55,206 nucleotides of DNA, from NCBI GenBank assembly GCA_013288105.1, contig JABDCM010000004.1, positions 1-55,206 of the forward strand, read 5' to 3'. The notes beneath the pieces were generated by a model. The model searched no databases, was not told where the DNA came from, and was given only the letters and a program-made list of their open reading frames with translations. Both the position numbers and the translations under genes were made by a program. This document shows positions 39,333-48,420 of the stretch, piece by piece (within the stretch, counting starts at the first letter, position 1; each line of letters opens with the position of its first letter). The stretch comes from Chlamydiota bacterium. Lineage in GTDB: Bacteria; Chlamydiota; Chlamydiia; Chlamydiales; JAAKFR01.

Positions 39333-40595
39333 ATGCTTTTCAAACTTACTCTTCCGAAACTCTCCCCAACGATGGAGGAGGGAACAGTTGCAAAATGGCA
39401 TAAAAAGGAGGGGGAGTTTGTCACAGCTGGAGAGGTCATTTTCGAAGTCACCACAGATAAAGCGACTGTCGAACATCAAGCATTAGATGAGGGGTGGTTA
39501 CGCAAAATCCTCATTAAGGAGGGGCAGTTTGCCAAAGTTAATCAACCGATTGCCCTTTTTTCCACAGAAAAGGATGAAAATATAGAGCAGGTGGAGAGTG
39601 AGGAAAAAAAACCCTCTCCAGTCAGTAAAAAGCCTGCTCAAAAAAAGGAGCTCTCCTCTGCCCCTGCTCCCCTTTCTTTTTCTCAACCAGCTTTTGTTCC
39701 TGAGCCCCCTCTTCCCCTCTCTTTGCAAGAAGAGACAACGAGCCACTTTGCCAGCCCTCTTGCTCGTAAAAAAGCCCGTGAACAGGGTTTAGATCTTACC
39801 TCTGTGAAAGGAAGTGGTCCTGGTGGACGTGTGAAAAGTCAGGACCTTGAAAAAGCGCAGCCTCAAGCTCTCCTCTCCTTTGGACACAAAGAATCCCCCT
39901 CAACTCCTCCTGGAACGTATGAGGAAATCCCTCTAACACCTATGCGTAAAGCGATCGGAAAACGGTTGCAAGAGGCAAAGAGCTTTATCCCCCATTTTTA
40001 TGTGAAACAAAGAGTCGATGCGCTTGCTCTCATGGAACTGAGAAAACAGCTTAACTTTCACAAGATACAGATCAGTGTGAATGATCTTCTTATTCGAGCC
40101 TGTGCTCTTGCTTTGCGTAAACATCCAGAGGTAAATAGCGGGTTTAACAGTGTCAATCAGACCCTTATTCAGTTCAAAACCATTGATATTTCTGTCGCAG
40201 TCAGTATCGAGGGGGGATTAATCACTCCTATTATTAGACATGCTGATTTCAAAGATTTAGGTCAGATTTCTGCTGAAGTAAAAGAGCTTGCAGAGAGAGC
40301 TCGTTCTGGTAAACTGAAAGAATATGAATATAAGGGGGGCTCTTTTACCCTCTCCAATTTGGGAATGTTTGGTCTTTCAGAATTTTGTGCTGTTTTGAAT
40401 CCCCCGCAAGCTGCCATTTTGGCAGTAGGAGCCATTGAGGAGCAGCCCTCGATTAAAGAGGGGAAAGTGGTTGCGGGTCAATCGTTAATCCTGACTCTAT
40501 CTGCAGATCATCGGGTGATTGATGGAGCAACTGCCGCCCAGTTTATCAAATCGGTCCAACAATTTCTGGAGAATCCCGCTCTTCTTGTTATGTAA
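39333..40595 (+). CDS. pdhC: Pyruvate dehydrogenase E2 dihydrolipoamide acetyltransferase
   Basis: Lipoyl TDKA, E3-binding ASPLARK...GSGPGGR and DHRVIDG motifs. Confidence 0.96.
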   Translation: MLFKLTLPKLSPTMEEGTVAKWHKKEGEFVTAGEVIFEVTTDKATVEHQALDEGWLRKILIKEGQFAKVNQPIALFSTEKDENIEQVESEEKKPSPVSKKPAQKKELSSAPAPLSFSQPAFVPEPPLPLSLQEETTSHFASPLARKKAREQGLDLTSVKGSGPGGRVKSQDLEKAQPQALLSFGHKESPSTPPGTYEEIPLTPMRKAIGKRLQEAKSFIPHFYVKQRVDALALMELRKQLNFHKIQISVNDLLIRACALALRKHPEVNSGFNSVNQTLIQFKTIDISVAVSIEGGLITPIIRHADFKDLGQISAEVKELAERARSGKLKEYEYKGGSFTLSNLGMFGLSEFCAVLNPPQAAILAVGAIEEQPSIKEGKVVAGQSLILTLSADHRVIDGATAAQFIKSVQQFLENPALLVM

Positions 40596-41619
40596 CGTTA
40601 GCATCAGTTAATAAGGAAGGGTGACCATGGGCTATATACCCTGAATCTGTTTGTAGAATAATCGATCGAAAAGAGACACCATACTTACCCCCTGTCTGGT
40701 CGTAACCCCATGTACTAGCACTCTTTCTATCCTTTACAACCGCTATAGGTTGCCAACAACCAGCCATATAAGATCCATTTCTTCCAAGCTTTTCAGGAGA
40801 GCCACCCCCCTCCCACTTGAATCCAGGAGCAGGAATAGTTATCCAAAACCCCTGACAAAGAGGGACATCACCTGCCCACTCTCTTTCTAAGAGAGAAAGC
40901 AATTTTCCCCCATTTAGCCAATCGATCTTCTGATAAAGCGCAGCGTACATACATGCCAATCCATAAAAAGGTGACATCACCACCACACGTAGAGAGTATT
41001 TCATCTGCCTAGAGATATCTTTCCACTTAAATTGTCCCTCTCCCTTAAACTCAGTTTTTCGAGCTATATGATAGAGAATATAGAAAGGAACTATGAGAGT
41101 ACGCAATAGATGATACCCCATCGTTAACACAATCTCTAAAGGTTTAAAGGCAAAGACCCCTAAAGATACCCATGAATGGTGCACGCAGTGTTTGTTCTGG
41201 TAAACCAACGCTATGCCTTTTTCGTCTACCTGTGTAGATGTATCTAAGTATCCAACCTTTTTGTAATCTTCTTTTTTTAAAACAATCGGAACCCAATGTT
41301 TTTCCCCGTAGAAGCTACCCTTCCCCTTTTTGACCTCACGAATCAAGAGGAAAGCGCCTGCAGAAAAGAGCACCGTGACCCCTATCCCTATTCCAAAGGA
41401 GAGCCACTTAATATTTTTAAACAGTGAAAGCAGATCTTGACGGAGAGCTGGAAGTCTATCAAAATTAAAAAGAATAACAAATGCTAGGACAGTCAAAACA
41501 AAACAGGTGATATGAAAAGCAGAGCGCATCTGATAAGGAGGAGGCATCTCCTTATCAGGTCTTACCTTTTCTTGATGATAAGAAGCTATCCTACTTCCAA
41601 AACAAGTTTGACAATCCAT
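40588..41619 (-). CDS. Hypothetical membrane protein with N-terminal bilobed hydrophobic domain (Inc-like)
   Basis: Two adjacent hydrophobic helices near the N-terminus and further hydrophobic segments; inserted antisense between pdhC and glgP. Confidence 0.55.
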   Translation of the reverse strand: MDCQTCFGSRIASYHQEKVRPDKEMPPPYQMRSAFHITCFVLTVLAFVILFNFDRLPALRQDLLSLFKNIKWLSFGIGIGVTVLFSAGAFLLIREVKKGKGSFYGEKHWVPIVLKKEDYKKVGYLDTSTQVDEKGIALVYQNKHCVHHSWVSLGVFAFKPLEIVLTMGYHLLRTLIVPFYILYHIARKTEFKGEGQFKWKDISRQMKYSLRVVVMSPFYGLACMYAALYQKIDWLNGGKLLSLLEREWAGDVPLCQGFWITIPAPGFKWEGGGSPEKLGRNGSYMAGCWQPIAVVKDRKSASTWGYDQTGGKYGVSFRSIILQTDSGYIAHGHPSLLTDANVT

Positions 41620-41626
41620 ACGTACT

Positions 41627-41691
41627 ATTGTACAAAGACCTCTGATTAAAAACAAGAAAGCGTTGACGACTTAAACTAAAAATTTTACCAT
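41627..41691. promoter_or_regulatory. Back-to-back sigma66-type promoters
   Basis: + strand TTGACG-N17-TACCAT (41663..41691); - strand TTGTTT-N17-TACAAT (41655..41627). Confidence 0.6.
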
Positions 41692-41698
41692 CTATATT

Positions 41699-44152
41699 AT
41701 GTCTGAATTAGATCTCTTTAAAGAAAAAATTCTCCAAGGAGATGCCACCTCTCTTCAAACTCAAATCATCGATCATATCCATTTTACTCTTGGAAAAGAT
41801 CGTTATACAGCCACTAAAAGAGATCTTTTTTTTGCGGTTGCCTATACGATTCGCGATCATCTTGTAGATGGATGGATCAAGACCCAACAGCAATATTATG
41901 AAAAAGATGTGAAACGGGTCTACTATCTTTCCATGGAGTTTCTCATGGGACGCACTCTTCAAAATAGTTTAGTCAATTTAAATCTTTGGGAAAATTGTAA
42001 AAAAGCTGTCCGTGATCTGGGGTATGATATCGATTTTTTAGTAGAGATTGAGGCAGATGCGGGATTAGGAAATGGGGGGTTGGGAAGGCTTGCTGCCTGC
42101 TTTTTAGATTCGATGGCTACGTTGGGAATTCCAGGTTATGGCTATGGCATTCGGTATGATTATGGGATCTTTACACAGAAAATTATCCATGGAAACCAGT
42201 TTGAAACTCCAGATAACTGGCTTCGCTATGGCAACCCCTGGGAAATCTGTCGTGCAGAATATCTCTATCCTGTTCAATTTTATGGACGGGTAGTTAAATA
42301 TACCGATTCTTCCGGAAAGCTGCGTTGTGAGTGGGTGGATACACAAGAGGTCATGGCTATGGCCTATGATAATCCTATTCCCGGTTACAACAATAATACT
42401 GTCAATACGCTTCGACTCTGGCAAGCGCGCTCACCTAGAGGCTTTGATTTAAGCTATTTTAATCATGGTGACTATATCCGAGCGGTTGAGGAGGTCACCC
42501 TAAAAGAAAATATCTCGAAGATTCTTTATCCAAATGATAATGTTTTCGAGGGTAAAGAATTGAGATTGAAGCAGGAATACTTTCTAGTCTCTGCGACTAT
42601 TCAGGATATCATCCGAAGATACACGAAGGGTCATATTCATCTAGATGCTCTTCCAGATAAGGTTGCGATCCAGTTAAATGATACACATCCTGCCCTTGCG
42701 ATTGCTGAGATGATGCGTCTTCTGATGGATCGAGAGGAGCTCAGTTGGGAAAAGGCGTGGCAGTTAACGCGAGATACCTTCGCCTATACCAACCATACTC
42801 TTCTTCCTGAAGCGCTCGAAAGATGGTCGGTCCCTCTCCTTGAGAATCTACTGCCTCGCCATCTAGAAATCATCTATGAGATTAATGCGCGCTGGCTACA
42901 AGAGGTCAATAGACACTATCCTGGGGATTTAGAAAAACAGCGAGCCCTCTCTATTGTTGAGGAGAGTGAGCCCAAAAAAATCAACATGGCCCATTTAGCT
43001 ATTGTAGGCTCGCACAAAGTCAATGGGGTCTCTGCTCTCCATTCAGACCTTTTGAAACAGCACCTCTTTAAACCCTTCTGGGAGATGGAGAATGCAAAAT
43101 TTACAAATAAAACCAATGGAATTACCCCCCGGCGCTGGTTAAAAGTCTGTAACCCACCTCTTGCACGTTTAATTACAGATAAATTGACCGATAAATGGGC
43201 AACAGATCTCTATGATCTCAAACGACTCAACTCTTATGCAGATGATGCCAGTTTTCGCCAAGAGTGGGACCTCATTAAGAGGGAGAATAAGGTCCATCTG
43301 GCCAAAATCATTTTCTCTGAACATGAGATCTCTGTAGATCCTGACTCCCTATTTGATTGCCATGTTAAACGCATTCATGAATATAAACGACAACTGCTCA
43401 ATATCATGCGCGTTATTCACACCTATTTTCAAATCAAAGATAACCCGAATAAAGAATGGATTCCCCGCACGGTAATTTTTAGTGGAAAAGCGGCTCCGGG
43501 TTATTTTATAGCAAAAAAAATCATTAAATTAATTACCTCAGTTGCCAATGTTATTAACCATGATGCTCTGGTTTCTCAGTATTTAAAGATCGTGTTTTTA
43601 GAAAACTATCGAGTCTCTTTAGCGGAGCGCATTATTCCAGCGGCAGATCTTTCGGAACAAATTTCTACAGCTGGTACGGAGGCATCTGGTACAGGCAATA
43701 TGAAATTTACTTTAAATGGAGCTTTGACGATTGGAACTTTAGATGGGGCTAATATTGAAATATTGGAAGAGGTGGGAGCGGACAATATTTTTATTTTCGG
43801 TTTAAAGATTGAAGAGGTGGAAAAGCTGAGGAAGGAGGGGTACCAGCCCTGGGATTATTATTCAAAAGATCCTGCTTTGAAAAGGGTTGTAGATGCGATT
43901 CGAGATGGACTTTTTAGTGCAGGCGATCATGATTTATTTAAGCCGATTGTGTCGAGTTTATTGGAGTGGGGGGATCACTATCTTCTCTTTGCAGACTTTC
44001 ACTCTTATGTAAATAGTCAAGAGCAGGTGAGTGCACTTTATAAAAACCGGGAAACATGGATTCGAAAATCGATTTATAATGTGGCCTCTGTGGGTAAGTT
44101 TTCCAGTGACCGCACCATTCAAGAGTATGCGAAAGAGATCTGGCGATTATAA
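41699..44152 (+). CDS. glgP: Glycogen phosphorylase
   Basis: [24 protein letters not shown] and [13 protein letters not shown] site. Confidence 0.98.
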   Translation: MSELDLFKEKILQGDATSLQTQIIDHIHFTLGKDRYTATKRDLFFAVAYTIRDHLVDGWIKTQQQYYEKDVKRVYYLSMEFLMGRTLQNSLVNLNLWENCKKAVRDLGYDIDFLVEIEADAGLGNGGLGRLAACFLDSMATLGIPGYGYGIRYDYGIFTQKIIHGNQFETPDNWLRYGNPWEICRAEYLYPVQFYGRVVKYTDSSGKLRCEWVDTQEVMAMAYDNPIPGYNNNTVNTLRLWQARSPRGFDLSYFNHGDYIRAVEEVTLKENISKILYPNDNVFEGKELRLKQEYFLVSATIQDIIRRYTKGHIHLDALPDKVAIQLNDTHPALAIAEMMRLLMDREELSWEKAWQLTRDTFAYTNHTLLPEALERWSVPLLENLLPRHLEIIYEINARWLQEVNRHYPGDLEKQRALSIVEESEPKKINMAHLAIVGSHKVNGVSALHSDLLKQHLFKPFWEMENAKFTNKTNGITPRRWLKVCNPPLARLITDKLTDKWATDLYDLKRLNSYADDASFRQEWDLIKRENKVHLAKIIFSEHEISVDPDSLFDCHVKRIHEYKRQLLNIMRVIHTYFQIKDNPNKEWIPRTVIFSGKAAPGYFIAKKIIKLITSVANVINHDALVSQYLKIVFLENYRVSLAERIIPAADLSEQISTAGTEASGTGNMKFTLNGALTIGTLDGANIEILEEVGADNIFIFGLKIEEVEKLRKEGYQPWDYYSKDPALKRVVDAIRDGLFSAGDHDLFKPIVSSLLEWGDHYLLFADFHSYVNSQEQVSALYKNRETWIRKSIYNVASVGKFSSDRTIQEYAKEIWRL

Positions 44153-44405
44153 CTTGAGTTTTGGGTTTTTCTCCCTTAAACTCAGGAAGTTTGCTTGCAT
44201 CTCTTGTGCTTTTCCGATTAGTAACTATTCAGGCTATCTTTCACAAGAATCGGGCACGGTAACGTTCACGAAAGAAGGCCCTTGAATCATTTTTTTAAAA
44301 ACCAGCTTAGATGTTCTCTTTCGTGAACGTTACCGCTCCCGTTACCGTGCCCGATTTTCTTCTAATAAACTGAATTTGAGGGAGAAAAACACAAAACTCA
44401 GGTTA
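44150..44405. mobile_element. Composite of palindromic elements filling the glgP / Inc-like intergenic space
   Basis: Family A arm 44150..~44220, GTAACTATTCAG end 44221..44232, family D palindrome 44248..44356, short family A ~44366..44405; both outer TAA/TTA ends are the stop codons of the flanking genes. Confidence 0.85.
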
Positions 44406-45338
44406 ATATATTGGGAAGTTCCATAGAGCGCAAGCGATACCACAGCAGTTGCGATTGTCACCCAATTGGTTGAAGAAGACATCGAGGCCATCGGGGGCAA
44501 AGTCCCCAACAACGACAGGATATTTCCCCTCTATTATTTCCCTGCAATGAGTATAAGTCCCCTCTCCATATACTCGTTCTTGAGTAAAGGCAAAGACCAT
44601 CAGATTAAGCACGACAGCATCCAGCATACTCGGGATAGAACAACCTTTGTCTTGTACCCTCTTGTTCTGGACTTCATAAGCTTGTCCCTGGCTATCAGGA
44701 AGTACCTTTCTATCAATAAGAACCCATCCTCCTGGAGCGATGTTATCGCCTAATTTTCTTTCAACGTATTCATTGAGACGCTTGAATGGACCACCGCTAA
44801 TTTCTTTCAGCACTTTCAGAGTCAAAAGTTGTTCTGTGCCATTAACTCGAATGCTGTTCGGGATATATAGAAGAACCTTATCTCCTTCTTTCAGATCAAT
44901 TTGTGGACGTTGTGAAACAGTATCCAAAACCTCTACATCCCAAATTCTCCATGCTTGCGGTCCATATACCAAGCCACCCTCTGTATCAATGGATCTGATA
45001 ATTTCTGTACGTCTTGCCGAATCCGCATGAGTTGCACCACTACGTTTAGAATCCACCTGTTGCTGACTACTGCTCTGTTGATTGTGCACAATACCCACAA
45101 TGCCCATAATCAATAGAATCGTTCCGCCTCCACCGCCAGCTGCCATCATGATAATTGCATTGACTTGAGCCCTATTGCTAAGCACACCAGCAAGTCCAAC
45201 TGCTCCTACAGCAACTCCACCCATGCCCACAATGATGGCAATAGCGAAAACATACGGTTTCCATTTTAAGAGAGGAGGGGATGTGGGTACATGATGACCG
45301 ATTCCTTCCGGCCCAACTCCAGAAGTTGAACTACCCAT
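44403..45338 (-). CDS. Inc-like protein with C-terminal chlamydial effector-type domain (paralog 1)
   Basis: Gly/Ala-rich bilobed hydrophobic domain; WVLIDRKVLPDS...SMLDAVVLNL...YTHC...VVVGDF domain. Confidence 0.7.
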   Translation of the reverse strand: MGSSTSGVGPEGIGHHVPTSPPLLKWKPYVFAIAIIVGMGGVAVGAVGLAGVLSNRAQVNAIIMMAAGGGGGTILLIMGIVGIVHNQQSSSQQQVDSKRSGATHADSARRTEIIRSIDTEGGLVYGPQAWRIWDVEVLDTVSQRPQIDLKEGDKVLLYIPNSIRVNGTEQLLTLKVLKEISGGPFKRLNEYVERKLGDNIAPGGWVLIDRKVLPDSQGQAYEVQNKRVQDKGCSIPSMLDAVVLNLMVFAFTQERVYGEGTYTHCREIIEGKYPVVVGDFAPDGLDVFFNQLGDNRNCCGIACALWNFPIY

Positions 45339-45380
45339 GATAAATGCCTATGTTTATAAAAACTATCTTAACCAAGATAG

Positions 45381-45413
45381 ATGATACAGGAATAAGATTA
45401 AATTTTTATTAAG
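45381..45413 (-). promoter_or_regulatory. Direct-repeat box plus -10 element
   Basis: cTTAAT-AAAAAT-TTAAT-N10-TATCAT. Confidence 0.5.
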
Positions 45414-45490
45414 GCTGAGATATTAAAATTATCTTTTGATAAAAAATTGAAGAAATTGCTTTTTTAATGCAAATACCAAGTAATCTAGCA

Positions 45491-46426
45491 CTAATAGAAC
45501 CGCCGCCGGACACGAGCGACGCCACAGGATCTTTTGTCACGGGCGTTGTCTAAGAAAGAGAGGCCTTTCTGGCCAAAGCCCCCAACCATGACAGGATATT
45601 GATCACGCGTTTTTTCAATACAATGAGTGTAAGTCAAAGGCTTTTGTCCATACAATCGTTCTTCAGTGCGGGCAAAGACCATCAGGTTAAGCACGACAGC
45701 CTCCAGTACAGTCGGCATGCTGCAATCTTGTTCCTCTACCATTATTTGCTGGAGAGCATAACTTTTTCCCATGCTATCAGGAAGCACCATTCTATCAATA
45801 AGAACCCATCCTCCTGGAGCAGGTTTATTGCCGAATACTTCTGTAACGGATTGACTGGGATACTCGAATGGACCCTTACTAATTTCTTTCAGAACGTTCA
45901 AAGTAAGCTCTGTTTCTCGTCCATCAACCAGAATCCTTGCGGGGATATATAGAAGAATCTGATCTCCTTTGCTCAGGTCAACTTGTGGACGTTTTGGAAC
46001 AATATCCAAAACCTTTACCTTCCAAAGAGTTTCCCATTCTTCAGGTCTATATACCGAGTCGTTTTGCGCATCGATGGCTCTAGTAGTTCCTGTAGATTCT
46101 GTTGAATCCGATTCATGAGTCGCACTGCTACGTTTAGGATCCACCCGTTGATGACTGCCGCTCTGTTGATTTTTCACAATACCCACAATGCCGATAATCA
46201 ATAGAATTATTCCGCTTCCACCGCCAGCTGCCATCATGATAATTGCACCGACTTGAGCCCTATTGCTAAGCGCACCAGCAAGTCCAACTGCTCCTACAGC
46301 AAGTCCACCTATGCCCACAATTATGGCAATAGCGAAACCCCATGGTTTCCCTTTTGAGGGGGAAGGGGATGTGGGTACATGATGACCGATTCCTCCCAAC
46401 TTAACTTTAGCAGCTGAACTACCCAT
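45491..46426 (-). CDS. Inc-like protein (paralog 2, tandem duplicate)
   Basis: 311 aa like paralog 1; near-identical hydrophobic domain and 5' UTR. Confidence 0.7.
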   Translation of the reverse strand: MGSSAAKVKLGGIGHHVPTSPSPSKGKPWGFAIAIIVGIGGLAVGAVGLAGALSNRAQVGAIIMMAAGGGSGIILLIIGIVGIVKNQQSGSHQRVDPKRSSATHESDSTESTGTTRAIDAQNDSVYRPEEWETLWKVKVLDIVPKRPQVDLSKGDQILLYIPARILVDGRETELTLNVLKEISKGPFEYPSQSVTEVFGNKPAPGGWVLIDRMVLPDSMGKSYALQQIMVEEQDCSMPTVLEAVVLNLMVFARTEERLYGQKPLTYTHCIEKTRDQYPVMVGGFGQKGLSFLDNARDKRSCGVARVRRRFY

Positions 46427-46461
46427 GATAAATGCCTATGTTCAAATTTGAACCAAGGCAG

Positions 46462-46493
46462 ATGGTACATGAGTCCGATTAAATTTTCATTAA
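46462..46493 (-). promoter_or_regulatory. Direct-repeat box plus -10 element
   Basis: TTAAT-GAAAAT-TTAAT-N10-TACCAT. Confidence 0.5.
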
Positions 46494-46528
46494 AATTGTA
46501 TTAAAGTAACTGCTCAGGAAGTGGAGGC

Positions 46529-46605
46529 GTAACCGTTCAGAGGGCCGCCCCTTTGAGCCTCTTTGCTACACTCGGAGCGCGACTGCGGCCCCTCTGAACA
46601 GTTAC
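46529..46605. mobile_element. 77-bp MITE-like element (family E)
   Basis: TIR GTAACCGTTCAGAGGGCCGC / GCGGCCCCTCTGAACAGTTAC; flanks AGTGGAGGC / AATGGAGAC match at 7/9. Confidence 0.7.
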
Positions 46606-46623
46606 AATGGAGACGAAGTGATT

Positions 46624-46740
46624 CTAATCAGAGAGACGGGTCAGAAATCTTTCAAGAAGAAGTTGTTTCCAGCAGGCATTGAAATGAATATTCTTCTCTT
46701 TTGCGATGGTGTGTAGGCGATCTTTCAACGCTTGTTCATT
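46624..46740 (-). pseudogene. N-terminal relic of an AbiEii/AbiGii nucleotidyltransferase toxin
   Basis: Manual translation NEQALKDRLHTIAKEKNIHFNACWKQLLLERFLTRLSD*; stops before the expected KGG motif and has no in-frame ATG at the expected start. Confidence 0.7.
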
Positions 46741-46845
46741 GGAGGTATGAACGCCATTGCGAAGCTTTAGCGCCCCCCTCCCCTCCCCAGGCCAAAGACC
46801 GAGGCGTCTAGCCGAGGGCCTTTGCCTGGGAAAAGCCTCGGCCGA

Positions 46846-48420
46846 TTATAATTTATTCAGAGCTGCAATTACCTTTTCTTTCTGACGCCTGAGCTCCCTG
46901 AGCTCCTTCTCAATCTCCTCCTTATTTTCAACCGTTAATGTATCCATCAAATCTCTCTCGTGCAGAGCAATGATCTCAACCTCATTTCTCAAATACTCCT
47001 GCTCAAAGGACCAGCCAAACCACCTTCTTATCCAGCGCACAAGACGATTGAGGGGTCGATAGAGCCTTGGGAAAAAATGCAGATAATCAAATCTCGCTGT
47101 TCTCTCCTGATTTTCCTTGGCAATTTCAGCCTCAGTAAGCTCTACAGAGACCCAATTTTCATATAATGCGATAATATGTTGATGCGCAGGAAATGCCCGT
47201 CTAACATTAACAATAAACTTGCCAAGCGCAACAAATAAGAGAAGATAATCTTTATAAGTAATAGGAAAATATCTCCAACGGCTCTTTCCTAAAAATAGGG
47301 TGACCTTTCCCACCACTTTTGCTCCAATCCTCCAAAATGCAAAATCATCAAGGTTGACGTGGATAAGAATTTTGTCTTTGATTGCAGCAGATAAATGGTG
47401 GTAAAACTCATGATCTCTCTCATTGGGCATAGGGGGGTTAAAAGCATAAATATTCTCAATCAAATTGTGAGAATAGAGCCCAATCTGAATCGCAAGAGAT
47501 CCCCCCATACTATGTCCCGCAACCAGAGGCAACTTCCCCTCTTTTCCTTGTAACTCTCGTAAATGTTGGTGAATTCTTCTCCAAGAATGGGCGTACGCAG
47601 CTGTGGCCGATCCGTGAATTGCAAAATTTGCCAGAATCGAACCCAGCACAGAGGGCTGAGAGGGCCATAATTCTGTCCCTTGACAGAGATAAATTCCTGA
47701 AGCTCCCTCCTGTAAAGGGCGGAGACTCACCGTCTTTATCCCTTCCGCAATAAAATGTTGTGCACAGCTGTAAGAAATCCATTTTCCCTTTTCATGAAAA
47801 GAGGGAATTTCAATAACAAGACGATCCAATTCACGATAGACAGCACCATGACTTAATATTGCTAATGTTAACCATTTGCGCTCTTCATTTTTTTCTATAT
47901 TAGCAATCAGTTTTAAGTCAGAGGCAATGTGTTGCAACAGCTCCTCATCTTTTTTCAAACGAGAACGGGTAAAAAACTTAGGAGCAAAACCTGGGGGGGA
48001 GGCATCTACGTCATAAAAGGGATGAGAAAGCTCTTGACATTCTACTCGAAGAGGAGAGGGCAAGAGAAGCTTTATGAGCTCCTCTTTTTCTTGTAACCTC
48101 TCCCAAATTCTTCTAAAAAGTCCGACTTTTAAGGGGGATCCCATTGCATACATGCGTAAAAAGCCATCTTCTCCAATGATCCGAGGAATTCCAAGGGGTG
48201 GTTTGGGATCGACTACTTGCGTCCACAGATAGCGAAGGAAGGGATTTGCTTGAGGATCTGCCCGCTCTTTTACACAATCGAGGTAGAGATGGGCAAGAGT
48301 TTCTCGGTTAGCCATTGCCTGTTTTGGTTTAATCAGAGAGGTTTGGTAGGAGCCCTTTTCCCAGAACATCCAGTGCGAGGGTTTAATTTTGGGATCATTA
48401 TAAATGTCAGTGAGTTTCAT
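46846..48420 (-). CDS. Lipase-like alpha/beta hydrolase
   Basis: VAGHSMGG nucleophile motif, AFNPP and a C-terminal coiled coil. Confidence 0.75.
   Translation of the reverse strand: MKLTDIYNDPKIKPSHWMFWEKGSYQTSLIKPKQAMANRETLAHLYLDCVKERADPQANPFLRYLWTQVVDPKPPLGIPRIIGEDGFLRMYAMGSPLKVGLFRRIWERLQEKEELIKLLLPSPLRVECQELSHPFYDVDASPPGFAPKFFTRSRLKKDEELLQHIASDLKLIANIEKNEERKWLTLAILSHGAVYRELDRLVIEIPSFHEKGKWISYSCAQHFIAEGIKTVSLRPLQEGASGIYLCQGTELWPSQPSVLGSILANFAIHGSATAAYAHSWRRIHQHLRELQGKEGKLPLVAGHSMGGSLAIQIGLYSHNLIENIYAFNPPMPNERDHEFYHHLSAAIKDKILIHVNLDDFAFWRIGAKVVGKVTLFLGKSRWRYFPITYKDYLLLFVALGKFIVNVRRAFPAHQHIIALYENWVSVELTEAEIAKENQERTARFDYLHFFPRLYRPLNRLVRWIRRWFGWSFEQEYLRNEVEIIALHERDLMDTLTVENKEEIEKELRELRRQKEKVIAALNKL

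Noticed and set aside
44031-44285. 84-aa ORF
   Set aside because: Alternative frame of the glgP 3' end read into repeat sequence.
1082-44405. CRISPR array or integron attC interpretation of the family A repeats
   Set aside because: Copies are dispersed, variable in length and orientation, with no regular spacers, cas genes or integron integrase in the window.
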